24,520 nt of DNA from Deltaproteobacteria bacterium (lineage in GTDB: Bacteria; Desulfobacterota; DSM-4660; Desulfatiglandales; B25-G16), in assembly GCA_003646875.1 (NCBI GenBank), contig QMLT01000001.1, positions 1 to 24,520 of the forward strand, in the 5' to 3' direction. This document shows positions 17,400 to 24,520 of the stretch, in pieces. The notes beneath the pieces are model-generated. The model searched no databases. It worked only from the letters and a program-made list of their open reading frames with translations, and was not told the DNA's origin. The stretch's first letter is position 1. Each line of letters begins with the position of its first letter. The position numbers and the translations under genes are program-made.

Positions 17400-18291
17400 A
17401 AATGGAATTATATTAGTAGATAAGGAGTCCGGACCAAGCTCATCAAGGATTGTAGAAAAAATTAAAGACTTGATGAAGGCAAAAAAAGTTGGTCATGCAG
17501 GCACACTTGATCCATTTGCAACTGGGGTATTGATAGTTCTTTTAAACCAGGGAACGAAATTATCCCCATTTTTAATGTCTCACGATAAGGCGTACAGGGC
17601 GTCACTCAAGCTCGGAATAGAAACAGATACTCAGGATTTAACAGGAAGGATTATTGATAAAAAAGATATTGGCAGCCTGACATATGAGATGATCAAACGG
17701 AGTACAAGCCAATTTATAGGTACTATAAAGCAGGTTCCACCTTCTTACTCAGCTGTTCATTATAATGGGAAGAGGGCATATGAATTGGCGCGAAATGGTA
17801 TTGCTATCGATCTTCAGCCAAAGGATGTGAGGATTGATTATATCACTATATTATCAGTAGATCTTCCTTATGTCTGGTTTGAGGTTGGCTGTAGCTCTGG
17901 GACATATATCAGGACACTTGCTGCGGATTTAGGCAAAAGTTTGGGTATAGGGGCACATCTTACTTCTTTAAGGAGAATAAAAAGCGGCCCCTTTCATGTT
18001 GATGATGCCTTGACTCTCGAACAAATAGCCCATCATCTATCAAGTAATACCATTGAAGAGGTGATAATATCATTAAGAAATGCCTTAAAAGGCATGATAG
18101 AGGTAGAAATTTCCGATGAATTAGCAAAGAAGATCAGGAATGGCTATCAGCCCAATTGGGAGGAACTGTCTCAGGAACATATCTCGTCTTTCAATCCCCA
18201 TGACTATCTAAAGATAATCACAGGAGAGGAATTGGTTGCGATTTTAAGGAAAGATGAGAAGGGGTACAATATAATCAAAGTTTTTACATAA
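17392..18291 (+). CDS. truB: tRNA pseudouridine(55) synthase
   Basis: VDKESG, GHAGTLDPFATG (catalytic Asp), QVPPSYSA, CSSGTYIRTL. Confidence 0.97.
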   Translation: MTKNGIILVDKESGPSSSRIVEKIKDLMKAKKVGHAGTLDPFATGVLIVLLNQGTKLSPFLMSHDKAYRASLKLGIETDTQDLTGRIIDKKDIGSLTYEMIKRSTSQFIGTIKQVPPSYSAVHYNGKRAYELARNGIAIDLQPKDVRIDYITILSVDLPYVWFEVGCSSGTYIRTLAADLGKSLGIGAHLTSLRRIKSGPFHVDDALTLEQIAHHLSSNTIEEVIISLRNALKGMIEVEISDELAKKIRNGYQPNWEELSQEHISSFNPHDYLKIITGEELVAILRKDEKGYNIIKVFT

Positions 18292-18343
18292 CTATAGCAT
18301 CATTTGTCATTGTGTCCTGGCCAATTGCTGCACAAATAGGCTA

Positions 18344-18376
18344 TTGACAATCGATGTGATTTACTACTGTTATAAA
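18344..18376 (+). promoter_or_regulatory. Possible sigma70 promoter for rpsO-pnp
   Basis: Perfect TTGACA at 18344. Candidate -10 boxes are TACTGT (15-nt spacer) or TG-T-TATAAA (21-nt spacer); neither has ideal spacing. Confidence 0.35.
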
Positions 18377-18398
18377 CTGTATTTAAGGAGGAATAGAA

Positions 18399-18668
18399 GT
18401 GGTCTTAACAAACAAAGATAAAAGGAAGATTATCGATAAATTTAAAATCCATGATAAGGATACCGGCTCGTCAAGGGTTCAAATCGCTCTTTTAACAAAA
18501 CGGATAAATGATCTTACCGGTCATTTTAAGATACATCCTAAGGATCACCACTCAAGGAGAGGTCTTTTGAAGATGGTGGGCCAAAGAAGGCGTTTTTTGA
18601 ACTACATAAAAAGGAGGGATCCTTCTCAGTACAAGACCCTCATTCAGGAGTTAGGCCTGAGAAAATAG
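18399..18668 (+). CDS. rpsO: 30S ribosomal protein S15
   Basis: AAGGAGG SD then GTG; [31 protein letters not shown]; 89 aa. Confidence 0.97.
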   Translation: MVLTNKDKRKIIDKFKIHDKDTGSSRVQIALLTKRINDLTGHFKIHPKDHHSRRGLLKMVGQRRRFLNYIKRRDPSQYKTLIQELGLRK

Positions 18669-18714
18669 GACATGCCCTATAATAGTTAATTTATTAAATC
18701 TTGGAGAGGTGATT

Positions 18715-20802
18715 ATGAATGTATCAAATAATATCAATGGAAAAACACTAAATATTGAGACAGGTAGGGTGGCTAAGGAATCAAGTGGGGCTGTAGTTGT
18801 AACAATGGGGGAAACTGTTGTTCTGGTGACGGTTGTGTCTACCGATGAAAAAAGAGAAGGTATTGATTTTTTTCCATTAACAGTTGATTTTCAAGAGATG
18901 TCATACGCGGCAGGGAAAATACCGGGTAATTTCTTCCGCCGAGATATGGGGCGGCCAAGCGAAAAAGAGATGCTGACATCTCGGCTGATAGATAGACCAC
19001 TTAGACCCCTTTTTCCAGATGGCTACAATTTTGAGACCCAGGTAATTGCAAGTGTTTTATCCTTTGATAAAGAAAATGACCCTGATCCTTTAGGTATTGT
19101 GGGCGCCTCAGCTGCTATCACTATATCAGATATTCCCTTTGGCGGTCCCGTTGGAAGTGTGCGGATAGGGAGGATTGATGGTAAATTAATGGCATTTCCC
19201 ACAGTAGAGGAGCAGGAAGAGAGCGATATAAACCTGATCGTTGCCGGAACAAAAGAAGCTGTAGTCATGGTTGAAGGTGATGGTAAATTTGTCTCTGAAG
19301 ATGAAATGCTTGAGGCAATATTCTTTGGTCACGCATCTTTGCAGCCCCTTATTGATATGCAAATAGAGTTGAAGGGGTCTGTCGGAAAGGATAAAAGACC
19401 TTTTATTCCGCCTGAAAAAGATGAGCAACTAAAGGCAAAGGTAAAAGAGATTGGCGAGCCTCTTATAAGGGATGCGTTCTCATATAGTGAAAAGATGGTG
19501 AGACAAAAGAAGAGGTCTGAAGCCATTGATTATATAATTGAATCACTAAAAGAGGAATATGAAGATAGGAAAAGAGAGATAAAGAATGCCGTCTATGATT
19601 TAGAGAAAAGCCTGGTCCGGCATATGATATTACATGAAGAAAGAAGAATCGATGGAAGGCCATTTAATGGGGTAAGGCCGATTGAATGTTTAGTGGGTAT
19701 TCTGCCAAGGGTTCATGGATCAGCTCTATTTACCAGGGGCGAGACCCAGGCCATGGTTTTAACTACTCTGGGCACAGAAAGGGATGAACAAAAGATAGAA
19801 TCAATCTATGGGGACTCTTATAGAAAATTCACGCTTCATTATAATTTCCCTCCTTTTAGCGTTGGTGAGGCCAAAAGATTAGGAGCCCCTGGCCGGAGAG
19901 AGATCGGTCATGGCGCCCTGGCAAGAAGGGCAATTTTTCCTGTTTTATTAGACAAAGAAGATTTTCCTTATGCAGTCAGGGTTGTGTCTGAAATATTGGA
20001 ATCAAATGGCTCATCTTCTATGGCAACCGTATGCGGGGCTTCCCTTTCGTTGATGGATGCAGGTGTTCCCATTAAAGACCCGGTGGCTGGGGTTGCAATG
20101 GGTCTTATTTCAGATGGCGATGATGTAACCATATTGACTGATATTATAGGTGATGAGGATCATTTTGGTGATATGGATTTTAAGGTTACAGGGACAAAAA
20201 ATGGTATCACTGCTCTACAGATGGATATTAAGATTGCCGGGCTAAAAAAGGAGATAATGGGGAAGGCTCTATATCAGGCACGAGAAGCGAGAATGCATAT
20301 CTTGAATGAAATGAATAAGGCTATTTCGCAATCGAGGACAGAAATATCCAAATATGCGCCAAGGATTACCACCATAAACATCAAACCAGAAAAGGTAAGG
20401 GATGTTATTGGACCTGGTGGGAAAATGATTAAACATATTACCTTAACAACAGGGACACAGATAAATATTGATGATGATGGCAAGGTCTTGATTGCATCAA
20501 CTGACGGTGAGGGCACAGATAAGGCCATGGAAATGATAAAGGATATAGTTCGGGAGGCAGAAATCGGTAAATTTTATTTAGGCAAGGTAGTCAAGATTAT
20601 GGATTTTGGCGCCTTTGTAGAGATTCTACCTGGCACAGAGGGTTTGATACATATATCTCAATTGGCAAATGAGAGGGTAAATAAGGTAACTGATATATTG
20701 AAGGAAGGTGATGAGGTTTTAGTAAAGGTAATCGATATTGACAATGGGAAGATCAGACTTTCCAGAAAGGCAGCATTAGGGCATAGTATAGATGATATAT
20801 AA
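18715..20802 (+). CDS. pnp: Polyribonucleotide nucleotidyltransferase (PNPase)
   Basis: FFPLTVD, RLIDRPLRP, HGSALFTRGETQ, SNGSSSMA, GDMDFKV, KH and S1 domains. ATG 18715 has a GGAGAGG SD; GTG 18709 is an alternative start. Confidence 0.97.
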   Translation: MNVSNNINGKTLNIETGRVAKESSGAVVVTMGETVVLVTVVSTDEKREGIDFFPLTVDFQEMSYAAGKIPGNFFRRDMGRPSEKEMLTSRLIDRPLRPLFPDGYNFETQVIASVLSFDKENDPDPLGIVGASAAITISDIPFGGPVGSVRIGRIDGKLMAFPTVEEQEESDINLIVAGTKEAVVMVEGDGKFVSEDEMLEAIFFGHASLQPLIDMQIELKGSVGKDKRPFIPPEKDEQLKAKVKEIGEPLIRDAFSYSEKMVRQKKRSEAIDYIIESLKEEYEDRKREIKNAVYDLEKSLVRHMILHEERRIDGRPFNGVRPIECLVGILPRVHGSALFTRGETQAMVLTTLGTERDEQKIESIYGDSYRKFTLHYNFPPFSVGEAKRLGAPGRREIGHGALARRAIFPVLLDKEDFPYAVRVVSEILESNGSSSMATVCGASLSLMDAGVPIKDPVAGVAMGLISDGDDVTILTDIIGDEDHFGDMDFKVTGTKNGITALQMDIKIAGLKKEIMGKALYQAREARMHILNEMNKAISQSRTEISKYAPRITTINIKPEKVRDVIGPGGKMIKHITLTTGTQINIDDDGKVLIASTDGEGTDKAMEMIKDIVREAEIGKFYLGKVVKIMDFGAFVEILPGTEGLIHISQLANERVNKVTDILKEGDEVLVKVIDIDNGKIRLSRKAALGHSIDDI

Positions 20803-22054
20803 AAAGACTGTTTTTGACAATGGAACTAAGGTAATTACTGAAAGTATATCCCATGCAAAATCTGTCTCTTTAGGCATTTGGGTGAATGCCGGGTCGAGAG
20901 ATGAATTTGATACAGAAAGAGGGATATTTCATTTTATAGAACATATGATCTTTAAAGGCACTACAAACAGATCTGCTAGTCAAATTGCAAAGGATCTCGA
21001 CACAATCGGCGGATTTTCAAATGCCTTTACTGGTAAAGAACAAACCTGTTTTTATACAAGAGTTCTGGATAAACACCTTCAGTTTTTAACAGAGCTCTTT
21101 TCCGACATATTTATTAATTCTCTATTTGCTGAAAAGGATTTGGAGCTTGAGAAGGCTGTTGTTCTCCAGGAAATTAGCATGACAGAGGATACTCCTGATG
21201 AATATGTTAATATATTATCTGACCAAACATTTTGGCAAGGGGATCCCCTGGGCAGACCGATTCTGGGCACAAAGGAAACAGTCAGTAAGATTACCCGGAA
21301 AGAGATTCTTGACTATGTGTCCCGTTTTTATTCCCCCATGAGAGTAGTTATTGCAGCTGCAGGAAATGTCGACCATACTCTTGTAGTCGACTATTTCAGA
21401 CCTTTTCTTGAACCCCTTCCAGAACGACACAATAAATCTTTTAAAAGGCCTGTCCCTGTATTTACCCCAACGGTATCTTTCTACCCCAAGGAATTAGAGC
21501 AGGTGCATCTTTGCGTGGGCGCTCAGGCATCGCCACTATCTGGAGAGAAGAGGTTTGCAGAGGCTATTTTTAACACTATACTCGGTGGAAATATGAGTAG
21601 CAGGCTTTTTCAGGAGATCAGAGAGAAGAGGGGGCTGGCGTATTCTGTATATTCTTATATTAATGCGTACATAGATACAGGACTGCTAAGGATATATCTC
21701 GCCACAGATAAAAAGGAAATTAACAAGGTGTTGGAATTGATTGAGATCCTGATTAAGGAAATAAAGAATGGGGCTCTATCAGAGGATGATATAGCAAGGG
21801 CTAAGGATTATCTTATAGGAGGGATTTTGCTTGGCGCGGAAGATATGAGCAATTTGATGATGAGACTGGCTAAAAACGAATTTATCTTTGGAAGGTATAT
21901 ACATTATGAGGAAACAATAAAAGAATTAGAAAAGGTTACCCTTAATGAGGTGATAGATGTATCCGAGAGGATATTTTCACCAGGCAACGTTTCTATAACA
22001 GCTTTAGGCCCTCTGGATAGAGATGCGATAGCTGTGGATCCACTGAAGTTTTAA
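20792..22054 (+). CDS. M16 (pitrilysin-like) zinc peptidase
   Basis: Inverted zincin HFIEH, NAFT, GGNMSSRLFQEIRE-RGLAYSV; conventional position after pnp. Confidence 0.92.
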   Translation: MIYKKTVFDNGTKVITESISHAKSVSLGIWVNAGSRDEFDTERGIFHFIEHMIFKGTTNRSASQIAKDLDTIGGFSNAFTGKEQTCFYTRVLDKHLQFLTELFSDIFINSLFAEKDLELEKAVVLQEISMTEDTPDEYVNILSDQTFWQGDPLGRPILGTKETVSKITRKEILDYVSRFYSPMRVVIAAAGNVDHTLVVDYFRPFLEPLPERHNKSFKRPVPVFTPTVSFYPKELEQVHLCVGAQASPLSGEKRFAEAIFNTILGGNMSSRLFQEIREKRGLAYSVYSYINAYIDTGLLRIYLATDKKEINKVLELIEILIKEIKNGALSEDDIARAKDYLIGGILLGAEDMSNLMMRLAKNEFIFGRYIHYEETIKELEKVTLNEVIDVSERIFSPGNVSITALGPLDRDAIAVDPLKF

Positions 22055-22063
22055 TCAATTTGA

Positions 22064-22513
22064 ATGGATAAAGTCATTTTAAAAGTTAAAAGGTTGAATA
22101 ATAACAAAGATCTCCCATTGCCATCTTATCAATCGGGTGGTTCCTCCGGCCTTGATCTGTGTGCCGCCGTTAATAAAGAGATTACTCTACAACCTGGTGA
22201 TATAAAGCTTATACCGACCGGTTTATCCGTTTCCCTTCCTGAAGGCTACGAGGCACAGATACGACCCAGGAGCGGATTGGCCCTGAGGTATGGCCTTGGA
22301 TTTGTCAATGCCCCTGGCACTATAGATGCGGACTATCGGGGTGAAATAGGTGTCATAGCCATCAACTGGGGGAAAAAATCCTTAACAATCAAAAGGGGGG
22401 ACAGGATCGCCCAGATGGTTATTCACACGGTTTCTCGGGCAATAGTAGAAGAAGTGAATGAGCTTGATTCTACGGATAGGGGGAATGGGGGTTTTGGTCA
22501 TAGCGGAGTCTGA
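22064..22513 (+). CDS. dut: dUTP diphosphatase (trimeric)
   Basis: GLDL, PRSGLA, GTIDADYRGEI, RIAQ, RGNGGFGHSG. Confidence 0.97.
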   Translation: MDKVILKVKRLNNNKDLPLPSYQSGGSSGLDLCAAVNKEITLQPGDIKLIPTGLSVSLPEGYEAQIRPRSGLALRYGLGFVNAPGTIDADYRGEIGVIAINWGKKSLTIKRGDRIAQMVIHTVSRAIVEEVNELDSTDRGNGGFGHSGV

Positions 22514-22562
22514 CCTAAAATCAGTAGATTGTTTTCCCATTCAAGGCAGTTCAGTTCTATTT

Positions 22563-24520
22563 TCACTTTTCTCCAGTTTCGTCTTTCTCTACATTTAAGG
22601 GCTGTGGTTTATAGGCGTCGCCAATGGGATTTCCGTCAATCGTGCGAATGATCGGCTGCGGGTAGGTTTTTTCGTGATTCTCAAGCGCCTTCATCCACTT
22701 GCGCTTCACATCATCTTTGATCGATGCCCATCCCAACCTTCCGGAACACTTGGGAAATTTCGAGCAGCTTAACCATAATCCTCGCGCACCACGCCTCAGG
22801 CTTAAAGGGGCCTGGCACTTTGGGCATGGCAGATCCGTGAGCAATGGTGGAATTTTTGGCGTGACAATACATCCCTTTTTATCAAGATTTAGAATGCCTT
22901 TGCAGTCAGGGTATTTTGTACAGCTAAGGAACGGTCCGAAACGACCTTTGCGCAACAGCATTGGCGAACCACAATTGGGACAGGCCACGTCGGTCTGTTC
23001 TGGTGAAATAGGTTTGCCATTGCTGTCAATTGGCGCTGCAAATTTACATTCAGGGTACTTAGAGCAACTAAGAAATTTGCCATTACGGCCGAAACGATAC
23101 ACAGTATTGCTGCCACACTGTGGGCAGGTATATGGGGCAGGTTCTATTTCTGCTTTGGCGTGGTTCATGTTTTTGTAGGCCAGGTCTAGACTCGATTTGA
23201 ATGGACCATAAAAGTCATGGAGCATCTGCACCCAGTCGGCATGTTTTTCTTCAACATTGTCGAGTTGCTGCTCCATATAACGAGTATAGCCAACCTGCAA
23301 AATTTCTGGAAAGGCTTCTATAAGCTTGTCATTTACTATTTTGCCAAGATCGGTTGCGTGAAATGTGTTATGAATTTTTTCTACATATTTGCGGTTTTGA
23401 ATAACCTGAATGATCTGGGCATAGGTGCTTGGTCGCCCGATACCCTCGGTTTCAAGCTTTTTCACAAGCGATGCCTCAGTATATCGTGGGGGCGGGGAGG
23501 TAAAATTTTGCGCTGGATCAATCTGGATCGCTGCCAGAGGCTGTTTTTCTGTCACCAGAGGAAGCATCACTTCGTCAGATGTGGCGGGTACGCCAACAAC
23601 TTTATAAAACCCGTCGAAGACTAATGCGCGGCCATTCGCACGGAAAATAAGTTCTCCGCCATGATCAGCGCCTGAGATCAAGATCACGGTAGAGTCCCAT
23701 TGGGCATCGGTCATCTGGCAGGCTAAAAATCTCTCCCAGATGAGTTTGTATAGTTTATATTGCTGGGCATTCAGCGATGATTGAACCCGGTCAGGATTTA
23801 AGCTTACATCGGTAGGGCGAATTGCTTCATGCGCTTCTTGGGCTGATTTATTAGAGGATGAAAAGGAGTTTGCCTTTGCTGGTAGGTACTGATCCCCAAA
23901 TTCCGAACGTATGTACTGCCTTACCATATTGATTGCTTCACCCGAAAGATACGTTGAGTCAGTTCGCATGTATGTGATCAGGCCAATTGAACCTATTCCA
24001 TGGATTGACACGCCTTCGTACAGAGACTGAGCGGTGCTCATGGTTAATTGGGCGGGAAAGCCAAGCTGGTTTGCTGCTGTTTGCTGAAGCGTGCTCGTGA
24101 TGAATGGCGCATAGGGACGGCTCTTTACGCGTTTTGTTTTAATCGACTTTACCTGCCATGATGGCCCGCCAGACATATGACCACGTAAAATCATTACTCG
24201 CTGTGCCGGGCCTTTGGCTTTAGGGTTTTTGGTCTCGATTTGCTCATCGAGTTGAAACCCTGCGCGTTTTACTGCTGAGAGCACAGCTTCAACATGTTTC
24301 GCCTCGAATTTTTTGCCATCAATTTCAATCAATTCTGCGGCAAGACTGTTATGCTTAATTAGCCAATCGTTTTTTTCTCGCACCTTCCGGCCATCTGATT
24401 TTCTGCCATCTTGTTTTTCGGTAGTTTCAGCCAGCCATTCCTGCCAGGCTTTCCTAAGGGGAATAACGTTATCCACATCAATCGTGAAATAACCCATTAC
24501 TTTCCAGTATTCATTTGGTA
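22563..24520 (-). CDS. topA: Type IA DNA topoisomerase I, 5'-partial (frame is open past the window edge)
   Basis: The frame continues upstream of the ORF-track Met as PNEYWKVMGYF. Motifs PFITSTLQQ, AQSLYE, LITYMRTDS (catalytic Tyr), AHEAIRPT, GIGRPSTYA and three C4 zinc ribbons. Confidence 0.95.
   Translation of the reverse strand, partial: PNEYWKVMGYFTIDVDNVIPLRKAWQEWLAETTEKQDGRKSDGRKVREKNDWLIKHNSLAAELIEIDGKKFEAKHVEAVLSAVKRAGFQLDEQIETKNPKAKGPAQRVMILRGHMSGGPSWQVKSIKTKRVKSRPYAPFITSTLQQTAANQLGFPAQLTMSTAQSLYEGVSIHGIGSIGLITYMRTDSTYLSGEAINMVRQYIRSEFGDQYLPAKANSFSSSNKSAQEAHEAIRPTDVSLNPDRVQSSLNAQQYKLYKLIWERFLACQMTDAQWDSTVILISGADHGGELIFRANGRALVFDGFYKVVGVPATSDEVMLPLVTEKQPLAAIQIDPAQNFTSPPPRYTEASLVKKLETEGIGRPSTYAQIIQVIQNRKYVEKIHNTFHATDLGKIVNDKLIEAFPEILQVGYTRYMEQQLDNVEEKHADWVQMLHDFYGPFKSSLDLAYKNMNHAKAEIEPAPYTCPQCGSNTVYRFGRNGKFLSCSKYPECKFAAPIDSNGKPISPEQTDVACPNCGSPMLLRKGRFGPFLSCTKYPDCKGILNLDKKGCIVTPKIPPLLTDLPCPKCQAPLSLRRGARGLWLSCSKFPKCSGRLGWASIKDDVKRKWMKALENHEKTYPQPIIRTIDGNPIGDAYKPQPLNVEKDETGEK

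Noticed and set aside
22699-23624. 159-aa and 135-aa plus-strand ORFs antisense to topA
   Set aside because: Long antisense frames are expected in higher-GC coding DNA; no SD or motifs.
1-24520. CRISPR array, rRNA, IS element, integrase
   Set aside because: No regularly spaced 23-47-bp repeats, rRNA-like sequence or transposase/integrase motifs were seen.

Overview
Mostly housekeeping chromosome from an AT-rich bacterium. Gene order (lnt-prfB; tRNA-Gly-rimP-nusA-infB-DUF503-rbfA-nrnA-truB-rpsO-pnp-M16 peptidase-dut; HIT-lapA-lapB-amidase) suggests a Desulfobacterota/deltaproteobacterium, which is an inference from synteny. The core (3.6-22.5 kb) is ordinary apart from the programmed prfB frameshift, two heptamer-repeat inverted elements, and a rimP-leader terminator whose stem copies the acceptor stem of the upstream tRNA-Gly. 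The unusual material is at the two ends. Left end (1-3.4 kb): a minus-strand run of a 3'-truncated yjbQ, a 416-aa fusion of an apparently catalytically dead DnaG/Toprim primase core to a pyruvate-kinase-C-terminal-like (MTH1675/COG1751-type) domain, and the start of a sirtuin with Trp in place of the first Gly of its GAG motif. Next to these are a start-less Cys-patterned ORF missed by the ORF track and a divergent stand-alone purD. Right end (>22.5 kb): a topA with different codon usage and large insertions, followed by an apparently amputated gene start, suggesting horizontal acquisition or an assembly chimera. No CRISPR array, rRNA, transposase or integrase was seen. All family assignments come from motif recognition by eye; no database was searched.
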